A DNA stretch of 64,000 nt from Clostridia bacterium (lineage in GTDB: Bacteria > Bacillota > Clostridia > TANB77 > CAG-508), in contig JAUNSP010000001.1 in NCBI GenBank assembly GCA_030539155.1, positions 1,470 through 65,469 of the forward strand. The letters run 5' to 3'. Each line of letters begins with the position of its first letter. The stretch's first letter is position 1. Below, piece after piece: positions 46,771 to 56,773 of this stretch. Both the position numbers and the translations under genes were made by a program. The notes under the pieces were generated by a model. It did not search any database, was not told where the DNA came from, and saw only the letters and a program-made list of their open reading frames with translations.

Positions 46771-48571
46771 ATTCGTGTTGAAAAATGTCGAATTTTACAA
46801 GTATTCTATATGCTCCTATAATCAAAATTGCAAATGCCCTTTTCTTTTTATATAAAAACTCATATTGACTTTCACTTAATTTAAAAAGTTCTGTGGATTC
46901 TTCTAAATTCTTTCCATCTGTTCCCATTAGTATTTTATATGTAGCCATATCAAGTATAGCTTGTCCATACATTTTTACACTTGGGTCTAAAAAATCTACA
47001 ATTGAGTGAGATATAATAACTAAACTTCCCTCATATTTTCTGCATCTTTTGGCAACATTTCTTAAAAAAATTAAACTTTGTGGAACTTCAGTATCTATAA
47101 GCAAATATGCCTCATCACAGACTAACATTGTTTTCTCTGTTTTGTCCTTGCTCATTAGTTCCCAACAATATGTAAGAATGTTAAAATACTGTGCTTTTTT
47201 TACTTTATCACTAGCATTTTGTAAGTTATGTGTATCTAAACATACCATTTTACTTTTTGTTTTTATTGATGTATGACCATTAAATAATCCAGAGTCTGCT
47301 CCTATTGCTACTGTTCTAATTAGCGATTTTAGTATTTCATATTCTTTTGTTTTTTCTGTATCTTTTTCAATTTTTATCTTTTTTTCAATTAGGCTATATA
47401 AATCTGACATTATTGGAAAGTCTGTATTTTTCTTATCTTTAATATTTGTGTTCCAATATATTCCAAAGTTATTATATAATTCTTCAAGCGTTTCTTCTAA
47501 AATAGCAGTTTGAACACTTGTTAATTCTGGAAATAATAATTTAAAAAATGTTCTTAATGTTTGAAAATGTAAAGCCATTGCTCCTAAACCTTTACCCTCA
47601 TCTTTATAACATTTTATATCTTCGTCATCATCATCAAGTGGAACATCTTTTATTTGTAAAGGATTTATTATTCCACCTTGACCATTTCCAACATTTAGCC
47701 AATCTCCATCAAGATTTTCTGTTATTTCCTTGTACTCTCCCTCTGGATCTATACATATAACTCTTGTTCCTGTCATATATTCATTTAATATCAAATGTTT
47801 TGCTACTGTACTTTTTCCAACTCCTGCTGTTCCCATTATTACAAAATTGCTATTTGTTCTATCTCCTCCTCTTTTCCAAGTATCTAAAACTACAATTCCA
47901 CCATCTGTGTCTTTTGCAAAGTAATAGCCTTTTTGGTCATTAAAGCCACTACTTGCAAAAGGTAATCCTCCAATAAAACTTGAAAATGGTGCATTTCTAT
48001 TTGCTATTTTTTTAATGTCTTTATCTACCCTAAAAAAAGGTGCTATTGATTTAAAAGCATTTTTTACTAGGTTTGCTAAACTTCTAATTTTCATTTGCAT
48101 TCCCATTAGTTTGCTTTCAACTCTTTTACACCTTTTAAGTAAATCTTCCTCATCTTCTGATATTACCATTACAATAACTGTCATATATCCTACAACTTCG
48201 CCGTTTTGGTCTATTCTTGTAATTAGCTCTCTTGCATCTTCTAATTCTCTTTCAGTTCTTTGCCTTAATATTTCATCTCTAATGGAGTCCATTTCTTTCT
48301 CATTTTGACTTATTCCTTTACTAATGTTTTGAATTAAAATTCCATTATCTGTTGGCTCAAAATTTAATGAACATATTGTATTTGGTATATTTGTTATTTT
48401 AGAAAGCCACCCAATATCAACTTTATTAGGATATTGAATGGCTGTATAAATTTTAGCAAAATAATCTCCAATTCTTACTCTGTTTACTTTATATTCAATA
48501 CCACCAATAGGAGTAAGAATATTTAATAAACTTTTATTTTCTTCTATTCTTCGCATTTCAATTTTTTTCAT
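46739..48571 (-). CDS. VirB4/TrsE-family type IV secretion ATPase
   Basis: A 610-aa protein with Walker A MGTAGVGKST, Walker B MLVCDEAYLL and the conserved VirB4 C-terminal region (LVIISHSIVDF). Confidence 0.8.
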   Translation of the reverse strand: MKKIEMRRIEENKSLLNILTPIGGIEYKVNRVRIGDYFAKIYTAIQYPNKVDIGWLSKITNIPNTICSLNFEPTDNGILIQNISKGISQNEKEMDSIRDEILRQRTERELEDARELITRIDQNGEVVGYMTVIVMVISEDEEDLLKRCKRVESKLMGMQMKIRSLANLVKNAFKSIAPFFRVDKDIKKIANRNAPFSSFIGGLPFASSGFNDQKGYYFAKDTDGGIVVLDTWKRGGDRTNSNFVIMGTAGVGKSTVAKHLILNEYMTGTRVICIDPEGEYKEITENLDGDWLNVGNGQGGIINPLQIKDVPLDDDDEDIKCYKDEGKGLGAMALHFQTLRTFFKLLFPELTSVQTAILEETLEELYNNFGIYWNTNIKDKKNTDFPIMSDLYSLIEKKIKIEKDTEKTKEYEILKSLIRTVAIGADSGLFNGHTSIKTKSKMVCLDTHNLQNASDKVKKAQYFNILTYCWELMSKDKTEKTMLVCDEAYLLIDTEVPQSLIFLRNVAKRCRKYEGSLVIISHSIVDFLDPSVKMYGQAILDMATYKILMGTDGKNLEESTELFKLSESQYEFLYKKKRAFAILIIGAYRILVKFDIFQHEFEFFGKGGGR

Positions 48572-48574
48572 AAT

Positions 48575-49195
48575 CTATGCTCCTTTCATTATATATGGTA
48601 TTTTTTCTTCGTAGTCAGTATCTTCCTTAAATGCAAAATTTATATTCAAAAAACTATTACATAGTTGTATAAGGTTTGCTTCATCTAATATTTCTGTTTT
48701 AACATCACAATTATCAAATTTTGTAGATAAGTCCATCATTCTTTTTTGTAAGTCTTTTTCTGCATTATCTGAATATTCTTCAAACACTATCATAAAATTT
48801 TGTCTTTCTACTATTTCTCCTGTAAGTGTTAATCTAATTGTTTCTGCAATATTTCTTTTTAAAAGTATTTTAATTTTTGTATTATTTTCGTTATTTAGTT
48901 TATCTCGTAATTCATCTACTAATCCTGTTACATCAACAGGTCTTGAAATACTAAACAACTTAAATTCTTTATCTATTCCAGAGAGTTCTGTTGTTAAGTC
49001 TAATACTTTCTGTTCTAATTCTCTATTTGAAAAAAGTTGCATATTTATTGAATTTATTTTTAGTACTCCAATAACTAAATTATCTCTTGTATATACAAAG
49101 TTATTTCTAATATCTAAAATATTTATTTCGTCATTACAATTTTTTTCTTCTTTCTTTTTAAATAAATTTAATAGAATGCCCATTATTCCCTCCAT
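48575..49195 (-). CDS. hypothetical conjugation-cluster protein (206 aa)
   Basis: An ORF between the small membrane genes and VirB4, in the same operon orientation. Confidence 0.45.
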   Translation of the reverse strand: MEGIMGILLNLFKKKEEKNCNDEINILDIRNNFVYTRDNLVIGVLKINSINMQLFSNRELEQKVLDLTTELSGIDKEFKLFSISRPVDVTGLVDELRDKLNNENNTKIKILLKRNIAETIRLTLTGEIVERQNFMIVFEEYSDNAEKDLQKRMMDLSTKFDNCDVKTEILDEANLIQLCNSFLNINFAFKEDTDYEEKIPYIMKGA

Positions 49196-49530
49196 TTATC
49201 ATAATATTTATATTTAAACTTTTTTTGTGTCCCTGCAAATTCAATCATATATTTTAATTGATTTATTATACAAAGATTGTTTTTATCTTTTGTTACTGCA
49301 ATTACCATTCCTGCAACTCCAATAAACTCAATTAAAACAGGGACAAGGAATTGATTACCATTTAAGTTATAGACTATTATGCTAATCGGCAATAAAGCAA
49401 CTACTGTTATAATAGTCAATATCAATTCGTGTATTCCATATCCCTTAAAAAATTCCAATCTTGTTTTTACATTGCTTGGAATGTATAACTTAAATCTTTT
49501 ATCTTTATCATTCAAAGTTATATCCTCCAA
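49183..49530 (-). CDS. small 2-TM membrane protein (TcpE-like position)
   Basis: A 115-aa protein with two hydrophobic helices (ILTIITVVALLPISIIVY...LIEFIGVAGMVIAV). Confidence 0.45.
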   Translation of the reverse strand: MEDITLNDKDKRFKLYIPSNVKTRLEFFKGYGIHELILTIITVVALLPISIIVYNLNGNQFLVPVLIEFIGVAGMVIAVTKDKNNLCIINQLKYMIEFAGTQKKFKYKYYDKWRE

Positions 49531-49533
49531 TTC

Positions 49534-49743
49534 TTAATAGTAACTTACTATTAAATCTTTAATGACAAAACATAGTTCTGACATTATTCCAAAAATTATC
49601 GTGTTTTTTATTTTCTTTTTGTAAGATGCTGAAGCCTCCTCATCATAAACCATTTTTATAAAGCAATATACTACTCTAAATAAAACGCCTGCAGGAATTA
49701 CAGCAACTTTCAAAGCTAAAATTATTTGATTTAATGTGTCCAT
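49534..49743 (-). CDS. small membrane protein (69 aa)
   Basis: Hydrophobic helices LALKVAVIPAGVLFRVVYCFI and IIFGIMSELCFVI. Confidence 0.4.
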   Translation of the reverse strand: MDTLNQIILALKVAVIPAGVLFRVVYCFIKMVYDEEASASYKKKIKNTIIFGIMSELCFVIKDLIVSYY

Positions 49744-49746
49744 AAC

Positions 49747-50607
49747 TTACCCTGCTTTCTTAAATTCTTGTATTTTTCTCTTTAACTGTCCTGATAATTC
49801 CATTGTTTTACTTGCAGTAATTATTACATTGCTTATTCCACCTGTGCCTCCTCCTAGAGTAAACTCTTGTAGAAACTTTGGTGTCTTTATTGCCATAATA
49901 ATGGCAGCAATTGCATATAAAAACTGAACACTTAATACTAAAGCAATTGCAATTTTGCAAATAACTATTTGAATTAAAACAGTTAATACACTTTTAAATA
50001 ATTTTTCACTATAAGATTTAAAAACGCCTCCATTTGCTTCAACTAGTCCAACACAAGCAAGAGGAAATCCCATTTTTAAAATAAACATTTCAAATCCTCT
50101 AATAATAAATTGCACATATAATACAAATAATAAAATAAGTGCAATAATAGCAAGTAATGCACTAAATATTCCATACCCTGCAAAACTTGCTATTGTTTGT
50201 GTTATTGGCAATTGATTCGTTAAGTTCATTGCTGTCAGCATATTATTTCCAAAGTCTTTTGCTATTTCAATTAGCCAATCATACAATGTTGTAAAACAAA
50301 CTAATGTTACAATTGCTCTAATAAAATATGTTACGAATGTAAGTGGTGGAGTATCTGATTCTCCCTCTGTCCATAAAATATAAATGTCAAATCCTTTTTT
50401 CAAGAATTTCAGTATTATCAATGATAATGCCATTGAAAAAATTACTGTTTTTAGATTATCAAAGTTTAACATTTGTATCCCAAAATTATGGGTTAATGTA
50501 TACTCTGCATTAAAGCAAAGATCCATTAGTCCATTAAATGCACTATCTATTGTAGAATCTACTCCACCAATTATACTTGTTATTAAATCGGTTAGTAGTT
50601 TTTCCAC
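49747..50607 (-). CDS. polytopic membrane protein, candidate VirB6/TcpH-like channel component
   Basis: A 286-aa protein with at least 5 predicted TM helices, ending in a GGGTGG-rich segment. Confidence 0.5.
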   Translation of the reverse strand: MEKLLTDLITSIIGGVDSTIDSAFNGLMDLCFNAEYTLTHNFGIQMLNFDNLKTVIFSMALSLIILKFLKKGFDIYILWTEGESDTPPLTFVTYFIRAIVTLVCFTTLYDWLIEIAKDFGNNMLTAMNLTNQLPITQTIASFAGYGIFSALLAIIALILLFVLYVQFIIRGFEMFILKMGFPLACVGLVEANGGVFKSYSEKLFKSVLTVLIQIVICKIAIALVLSVQFLYAIAAIIMAIKTPKFLQEFTLGGGTGGISNVIITASKTMELSGQLKRKIQEFKKAG

Positions 50608-50617
50608 TTATCATCAC

Positions 50618-50938
50618 CTACCTATAATATCCTGTTATTGTTGTTATAAGTCCACTTGCTACCATTACTCCAATGCAACATATAATTGCCGTTTTAATTC
50701 TTGTATTCCATCTTTTTGCATCCATTTCATCATCAGCAGATTTTCTTAACCAGAAAATTCCTATTAGAACTGCTGTAACTATTGGTGCAACATATAACAA
50801 AACATTACTTACATCGTTTAGTAGGTTTACTGTTCCTGTTACTATTACCGTATCTCCTACTGCTGCGAAACAGTAATTTGAAAATAGCATTATACTTGCG
50901 AATATCATAATTCCCATTTTTCTTATCTTTTTTATCAT
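50618..50938 (-). CDS. small membrane protein (106 aa), candidate pilin-like/VirB2-like subunit
   Basis: A signal-like N-terminus MIKKIRKMGIMIFASIMLFSNYCFA plus two further TM helices. Confidence 0.4.
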   Translation of the reverse strand: MIKKIRKMGIMIFASIMLFSNYCFAAVGDTVIVTGTVNLLNDVSNVLLYVAPIVTAVLIGIFWLRKSADDEMDAKRWNTRIKTAIICCIGVMVASGLITTITGYYR

Positions 50939-50962
50939 ACATAAATTCCTCCCATATTGATT

Positions 50963-52885
50963 TTATCTGTAATATTTCCAGACTTCCCATATTTTCATTT
51001 CTTTAATTTCTCTTGATGTTCTTGCTCTTTCTCTAAATTGTCGTAATTCAACATTGTGTTTTTCATTTCCCATTCCAAACTTTTTATTCATTTCCCAGTG
51101 GGAAATGTCTGGTAGTTTTGTAATAATAGGATACATTCCTGTTGGAATTACTAATATATAAGGTCTTTCAACTCTCATAACTTCATCTTCTGTAAGTAAT
51201 GCTCTACCAATTAAATTCATAGACTCTGAATTATTGCTATTACTATATTTGCTATAACTATTGCTTTTACTATAACTTGTTGTTGTATATTGTCCTAACT
51301 TTTTTGAAATTACACTTGCAGTTTCAAAACTAGCAGTTTTAAGATATAACCATATTTGACAGTTATCTCTTATATTCTCTGCAATTTCTCTACCGTACTT
51401 ATTTTCAAGTTGTGCAAATGATTGCAAGAATATATTAAATCTAATTTTTCTACCACCTGCAACTGTTAGCATATTTGAAAATGCAGGTATTGTTGTAAAA
51501 TTTCCAAACTCATCTAAAACATAATTAACTCTATTTTTTAATTCTCCACCTCGCTGGTCTGCCTCCTCAACTAATGCTGTATAATTTTGATATACAAATA
51601 AACTTGCAAGTGGATAATATGTTGTTTTTTCATCTGGTAAAATAATATAAGTTGCTATCTTTTCATTTCCTGCATCTTGCAATCTGAACTCACTTTCACA
51701 AGACATTCCATATATTGATTTGCTTGTAAATAATTTTAAAGTTGCTAATGCAGATGTAAAAAAACTGCCCCTTGTTTTCTCTGGTGCAATTCGTGCAATA
51801 GAGAAAATTATAGATGCAGGATGACTTGGTGGTAAATCTTCAATATATTTATTTATTGGCATTTGATTATTTCCTATTGGTCTGCACATTTCACTAATGA
51901 ATAAGAATACATTTGTAAGATTTTGATACTCTGGATTTTCTTTGTTATCAAATACTACACTCATTATTGCTCCTGCAATAACTGCCATTTCTCCATCTCT
52001 CCATATTTTTTCCATTTTTGAACTATCATCTCCAACAAGACTCTCTGTAATATCCCACGAATACTCCTCTGCTTTTCTATAATCCTCCCTATTTACTGCA
52101 TCAATTACAGGTTGTAGGAAATTATATCTTGTAGATTTTGTAGGATTTTTAAAATCTATTGTAATTATTTTATAACCTAGACTTTCCAAGTACCTTGATG
52201 TATATTGACAAAGTTCAGCTTTTGGATCTGAAATTATCATACTTTCTCCTGCAAGTCCTAAATTTCCAATAGATTCTAAAACAACACTACGAGTTTTACC
52301 ACTACGAGTTGCTCCAACGGTTAAGGTATGAATATTATTATCTATATAATAAACATTTTCCTTTCCTATTTTTTTTTCAAAACCTACTACAATTCCACCA
52401 CTTTTGCATTTGTTATCTTTTTTCTTATCCAGTACATTACACTTAAATTCATTTGCAAATTCTTTTTTAGTAAGCCACCTGCTAGTTCCGTGTTGTCCTT
52501 CTCCTGCAATTATTGGTGTTTTAATTTTATTAGTTATTCGTACTGTGTCTGTTTTATAAGCAGTTCTACTATTAGAATATAGTAAAACAATTATTATAAC
52601 TTCTGTTAATAATAGGCAAAGCATTAGGAGTCTTTGATATTGATTATCTTTTATAATTGTTCTTATTATTTCAATGTTTAGATTTAAACTTTGATTAGTC
52701 ATTTTTAAATGAACTATTGCAGATATATAAATACTCAATGGAATATTTATAATTGTAAATATTAAACATTGAATCCACTTTTTACTCAAACTCAATTTCC
52801 TCCTCTCTTTGTAAAGAAAATTGTTCTTTGTATTTTTGTATCTGTTGTTTTGATAAATCTGTAAAATCTTTTGTCTTTTTATCAT
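50963..52885 (-). CDS. VirD4/TraG-family type IV coupling protein
   Basis: A 640-aa protein with N-terminal TM helices, Walker A GATRSGKTRS and the TraG/TraD family core (IISDPKAELC..., ILPDEKTTYYPLASLFVYQ...). Confidence 0.8.
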   Translation of the reverse strand: MIKRQKILQIYQNNRYKNTKNNFLYKERRKLSLSKKWIQCLIFTIINIPLSIYISAIVHLKMTNQSLNLNIEIIRTIIKDNQYQRLLMLCLLLTEVIIIVLLYSNSRTAYKTDTVRITNKIKTPIIAGEGQHGTSRWLTKKEFANEFKCNVLDKKKDNKCKSGGIVVGFEKKIGKENVYYIDNNIHTLTVGATRSGKTRSVVLESIGNLGLAGESMIISDPKAELCQYTSRYLESLGYKIITIDFKNPTKSTRYNFLQPVIDAVNREDYRKAEEYSWDITESLVGDDSSKMEKIWRDGEMAVIAGAIMSVVFDNKENPEYQNLTNVFLFISEMCRPIGNNQMPINKYIEDLPPSHPASIIFSIARIAPEKTRGSFFTSALATLKLFTSKSIYGMSCESEFRLQDAGNEKIATYIILPDEKTTYYPLASLFVYQNYTALVEEADQRGGELKNRVNYVLDEFGNFTTIPAFSNMLTVAGGRKIRFNIFLQSFAQLENKYGREIAENIRDNCQIWLYLKTASFETASVISKKLGQYTTTSYSKSNSYSKYSNSNNSESMNLIGRALLTEDEVMRVERPYILVIPTGMYPIITKLPDISHWEMNKKFGMGNEKHNVELRQFRERARTSREIKEMKIWEVWKYYR

Positions 52886-53129
52886 TTCCTGTAATTACAA
52901 AAGTACCTCTTATAGCTTTATCATCAACATATCTATTTATTGGCAATAACTTTTTTAAAGCATCTTCATCATAAACAAGTAATGCTTTTTCGTATTCAAT
53001 AACATCTATATTTTGAACTCCTACTAAATTTCTTAATTCTTCAAGATTGTTCCATATTCTATTTACACACGGTTCTTTATTTTCGTTTACTACCAATACA
53101 TTTATTCTTAATCTTTCTATAACCACCAC
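52782..53129 (-). CDS. hypothetical protein (115 aa) between the relaxase and coupling-protein genes
   Basis: An ORF whose 3' end overlaps the tracked start of the coupling-protein gene, which probably begins at an internal start. Confidence 0.45.
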   Translation of the reverse strand: MVVIERLRINVLVVNENKEPCVNRIWNNLEELRNLVGVQNIDVIEYEKALLVYDEDALKKLLPINRYVDDKAIRGTFVITGNDKKTKDFTDLSKQQIQKYKEQFSLQREEEIEFE

Positions 53130-54071
53130 CTACATTTCTATTTCTTCGCTACTATAATGTTGTTTTCTTAAATACTCTTTTTGAGCATTTGTTCCAAAGT
53201 CAGAATAAGTTTTGTAACTTTCTTGATGATATGATTTATTAGCTTTTATAAGTTGAGCAAAATTAAAAGACATACTGCTTTTTAGCTTGTATGTCTTTGA
53301 TTTTATTTTTGTATTAACCTTTGCTTTGTTCAAAATATATTTAGTTCTAAAATATTTTTCCATATTGTCTTTCATATATTTTTCACTATGCAATTTCCTA
53401 TCTCTGCATTTTTTACCATCTGGTGTTGTAAAAGTAATATTTTGTCTTTCTTTTGTCCAAGTTACTTTATACCCTAGTTTGCTCATTTTATTAAAAAATT
53501 CTATTTTTGAATTTGAATTTTCCATACATTTATCAATAGCTTTTATTAAGTCAATTTTCCAACTTTCATTTTTCAACATTGCTTGATATTCATTTATTTT
53601 TATATCATCAACTTTTGATTTTTCATCTGTAATAGTTAGTCCATACTCTAAACATAACTTATTAGACAATTCCTTTATTTGTTGTAATTCCTGTTTACTT
53701 TGATGAAACTTTATTCCGTTTTCAAAATTGACAGTATTTATAACAATATGATTATGTATGTGTTTTCTGTCTTGATGTGTAGCAACAACAACTTGAAAGC
53801 CTTTAAAATGCTCTGCCATTTTCATTCCTATCTCGTGTGCCATTTCATAAGTTAGTTCATCATCTGGAGAAAAGGATTGAATGAAATGTATTTTATCTCT
53901 ACCTTTCAATTTGTTATACTGCATTTTTACTGCCATCATTTCATCATAACTATTCTCTGCAATACAGTCTTTTCCACTTATTAGCTTATTATTAGTCTTT
54001 TCTTTTTGCATAATATAATCAAGTGTCTTTTTCAAACTTACATTGTTGTTTATGAACTTAATAATTGCCAT
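53130..54071 (-). CDS. relaxase / mobilization nuclease (MobA/VirD2 superfamily)
   Basis: A 313-aa protein with an N-terminal catalytic region and the histidine triad motif HQDRKHIHNHIVINTV (HxDxxxHxH). It lies downstream of mobC. Confidence 0.8.
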   Translation of the reverse strand: MAIIKFINNNVSLKKTLDYIMQKEKTNNKLISGKDCIAENSYDEMMAVKMQYNKLKGRDKIHFIQSFSPDDELTYEMAHEIGMKMAEHFKGFQVVVATHQDRKHIHNHIVINTVNFENGIKFHQSKQELQQIKELSNKLCLEYGLTITDEKSKVDDIKINEYQAMLKNESWKIDLIKAIDKCMENSNSKIEFFNKMSKLGYKVTWTKERQNITFTTPDGKKCRDRKLHSEKYMKDNMEKYFRTKYILNKAKVNTKIKSKTYKLKSSMSFNFAQLIKANKSYHQESYKTYSDFGTNAQKEYLRKQHYSSEEIEM

Positions 54072-54340
54072 ATTTTCCTCAATTCTGCATTTACATTTCT
54101 AAAATCAATTTCTTTTACTATCCCTTGATTTACCTTTTTTGCAATTTGATTTATATTATTGCCTATTCTTCTTAATTCTGTAATATATTCAGAATTATCT
54201 TTTGGAACTATTATAGTAGTGTTTAGAGAACTATTTATCATATATTCCGACATATTCATTTTAGCTTTTTGAGCTTTTAATTTTATCGTGTCTTTGTCTG
54301 TTTTTTTTATTCTTAAATATATTACTGCATTTTTATTCAA
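54050..54340 (-). CDS. mobC: plasmid mobilization relaxosome protein MobC
   Basis: A 96-aa protein with the MobC signature ...LRRIGNNINQIAKKVN... Confidence 0.75.
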   Translation of the reverse strand: MNKNAVIYLRIKKTDKDTIKLKAQKAKMNMSEYMINSSLNTTIIVPKDNSEYITELRRIGNNINQIAKKVNQGIVKEIDFRNVNAELRKIWQLLSS

Positions 54341-54354
54341 TGCTTTCTCCTCTC

Positions 54355-54430
54355 ATTAAAGGGTTTGGGAGTTACTCCCATCAGATAAAATTGCAAGGCT
54401 CTTTGTATATACAAAGGGGAATCTTGCTTA
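54355..54430 (-). promoter_or_regulatory. candidate origin of transfer (oriT) upstream of mobC-relaxase
   Basis: Two perfect palindromes, TGGGAGTtACTCCCA (54366..54380) and CTTTGTATATACAAAG (54401..54416), next to a GC-richer ATCTTGC heptamer that resembles MOBP-type nic cores. It is located immediately 5' of mobC. Confidence 0.45.
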
Positions 54431-55366
54431 TCATTCAGTTATATAATCGCCCTCTTTAAAATGTTGCTCCAATAGTTCTAGTATTAGGTCTGTAAATTCT
54501 GTATCATTACTGAATTTATCTTTGTAAATGTTAAATGCTCTTTTTTCTATTTTTCCTGTAAATTTTTCCACTTTTACTTTGTTTCCTTTTAAAATATCTA
54601 ATACAACTTGATATGATATTTCTCCATTTATTGCTCTTAATTTTTCTGCTTGTGCTAGTGTTACTTTTATATTTTCATCTTTTATAACAGAATAGATTAT
54701 TTCTTGTTCTTCACTTTCTATATAAGATAATTCTACTCCTGCTCTAATAGATAAATTGCCTTTGTCTATTTCTTCCTGCAATTCTTTAATTAAATATGTT
54801 AGTCTAATGTATCTGTGAATTTGTGTTTGGCTATCTTCACTTTCTCCAACTACATTATCCCAAGTATTTCCCACTGGGAAATCCATATTTTCCTCTTTTT
54901 GTTTTTCTTTTAATTTTGTTATAGTTTCTAGTTGTAACTTATAGGCATTACTTTTTTCCATAATAGGTATATTTTCTCTTGCACATAAGTTAGTTTCTAG
55001 CATTATTAAAGTTGCATTTTCATCATCACATTCTACAATATGAGCAGGTATTGTTTTCATTTCTAATTCTCTGCAACATCTTGCTCTATTGTGTCCTGCA
55101 ATAATTTCGTATTTGTCATCATCTATTTTTCTAATTATGATAGGTTGTAATATTCCTCTTTTTTGAATGCTCTTTTTCATTTCTTCCTTTTTTTCATCGG
55201 TATATTCTGAAAAAGGTTGTCCTCTCCTATAATCAACTAATTTATCAAGTTCTATATTTATAATTTCATTTGTATTCATCAAATTTTCTTTAACTTTGCT
55301 TTCCTCATTATTTCCACTATTAAAAAAATCATTTTGATTTATTTCCATAAATTTTCCTCCCAACAA
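54431..55366 (-). CDS. ParB/Sulfiredoxin-domain protein (ParB-like nuclease/partition family)
   Basis: A 311-aa protein with the ParB N-terminal motif ...YEIIAGHNRARCCRE... The probable true start is MEINQNDFF. Confidence 0.7.
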   Translation of the reverse strand: MLGGKFMEINQNDFFNSGNNEESKVKENLMNTNEIINIELDKLVDYRRGQPFSEYTDEKKEEMKKSIQKRGILQPIIIRKIDDDKYEIIAGHNRARCCRELEMKTIPAHIVECDDENATLIMLETNLCARENIPIMEKSNAYKLQLETITKLKEKQKEENMDFPVGNTWDNVVGESEDSQTQIHRYIRLTYLIKELQEEIDKGNLSIRAGVELSYIESEEQEIIYSVIKDENIKVTLAQAEKLRAINGEISYQVVLDILKGNKVKVEKFTGKIEKRAFNIYKDKFSNDTEFTDLILELLEQHFKEGDYITE

Positions 55367-55391
55367 AAAAACAACTTAATTTTTAAGTTGT

Positions 55392-55670
55392 TTACTCTAA
55401 TTCCATATTTGACTCTATTTCATTACTTCTTACTAACAAATCAGTAACTGCATCAACATTTAATTTTGAAAATTCTTCATCTGTTAAAATGTCATTCTCT
55501 TTTAGCAAGTCTGTATCACTTACTAAACTACCTATATTATTTACTTTTGCAAGCTTTTCAATGGTATATCCATCTCCCATATCTGCATTTCGTATATCAT
55601 AATAATATAGTCCTTCAATTCGTTCTTTTGGTATTTCACTAATAAATTGCACTTTTATTTTTTTATCCAA
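55392..55670 (-). CDS. hypothetical acidic protein (92 aa)
   Basis: An ORF in the operon upstream of the ParB-like gene. Confidence 0.4.
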   Translation of the reverse strand: MDKKIKVQFISEIPKERIEGLYYYDIRNADMGDGYTIEKLAKVNNIGSLVSDTDLLKENDILTDEEFSKLNVDAVTDLLVRSNEIESNMELE

Positions 55671-56169
55671 ATTCCATATCCTCCTCTTGTTGTATTTCTT
55701 GATTAAAACTTTCTAGTCTTTTTACTATTTCAAAGTCATCAAATTTGACAGGCATATTCAATATTGGAAGATTAACTTTTCCAGATAAATTATTATATAT
55801 TTGTATTTCTCTTGTTTCTGTATCTAATATTACTGCATAATATGAAATATTTTTTCTTTTAATTTCATCCATACTTTCAATAATTATTCTTTCGTCATCT
55901 TGATTCATTCTATCTTTTACAACAAATATATATTCTCCAAAGTCTTTTATATTATCTGGTCTATTTAATATATTTCTTTGCCAAAGTTCAGAAGAATTAT
56001 TTACTACATAACTATACAAGTAATTATCATCTGCAAATGCTTTCAATATGTCATATCCTTTTTGTGTTATTATCAATCTTAAATTTTTCATTTTGCACCA
56101 CCTTTTGTGATTTATTTTTATTTTATTATTCCCATTTTTACCACCTCCTTTAAAAAATGACACAAACAA
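55663..56169 (-). CDS. hypothetical protein (probable start MKNLRL at about 56090)
   Basis: A 168-aa tracked ORF. The N-terminal 26 residues (MFVSFFKGGGKNGNN...) look like run-on, and the internal Met is followed by globular sequence. Confidence 0.45.
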   Translation of the reverse strand: MFVSFFKGGGKNGNNKIKINHKRWCKMKNLRLIITQKGYDILKAFADDNYLYSYVVNNSSELWQRNILNRPDNIKDFGEYIFVVKDRMNQDDERIIIESMDEIKRKNISYYAVILDTETREIQIYNNLSGKVNLPILNMPVKFDDFEIVKRLESFNQEIQQEEDMEFG

Positions 56170-56212
56170 GAGGTCTTATTTTTAGATAAACGGTTAAAAT
56201 TTTATATTTTGA

Positions 56213-56256
56213 ACTAAAAAAATTGAACTTATAGTTCAATTTTCTTTTTTTAATAT
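56213..56256 (-). terminator. rho-independent terminator after the LytTR-module operon
   Basis: In minus orientation the hairpin aaattgaactataagttcaattt is followed by ttttag. Confidence 0.5.
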
Positions 56257-56492
56257 AATTCATTTGCTTCTTCGGTTGTAATTATATTGCTACTTACAGC
56301 ATGTTCAATCTGTTTTTGTCTTTCTTCTACATCATTTATGCTTTTCAAGTGTTCTATTACCTCTGTATGAGCATTTGATATTGTGCCATCTTCATTAAAT
56401 AGATATGAACTATAAATTTTTATTATTCCTACTATAACTGCTACAACAATTATTGCTATTATAACAATTATTGCTACTTTTTTATTCTTCAT
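56250..56492 (-). CDS. small single-TM membrane protein (80 aa)
   Basis: MKNKKVAIIVIIAIIVVAVIVGIIKIYSS... then a polar extracytoplasmic tail. Confidence 0.5.
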   Translation of the reverse strand: MKNKKVAIIVIIAIIVVAVIVGIIKIYSSYLFNEDGTISNAHTEVIEHLKSINDVEERQKQIEHAVSSNIITTEEANELY

Positions 56493-56494
56493 AA

Positions 56495-56770
56495 CTATTT
56501 CCTCCTTTCTTTCATCTTTTGCAATTTTTCATTTAATTTTTTTGCAATATATATATTGTGAATTAGCGTAATACTAACTATTACCAAATATAATAAAATA
56601 TATATGTACATATTTTCAGCAAAGCTTTCCATAAATAGCTCTAATAAATTTGCATTTCCACCTAAAATTTCTAATATTATTGTTTGTGTAATGGCATATA
56701 TAAAATTAAATACACAGTTTCCTATAATAAAACCTATAAAATATTTAAAAAAGGATATTACTTTCTTCAT
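56495..56770 (-). CDS. small 2-TM membrane protein (91 aa), candidate membrane inhibitor partner of the LytTR regulator
   Basis: Two hydrophobic helices, and a start that overlaps/abuts the LytTR gene stop (the genes are 3 nt apart). Confidence 0.5.
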   Translation of the reverse strand: MKKVISFFKYFIGFIIGNCVFNFIYAITQTIILEILGGNANLLELFMESFAENMYIYILLYLVIVSITLIHNIYIAKKLNEKLQKMKERRK

Positions 56771-56773
56771 ACT

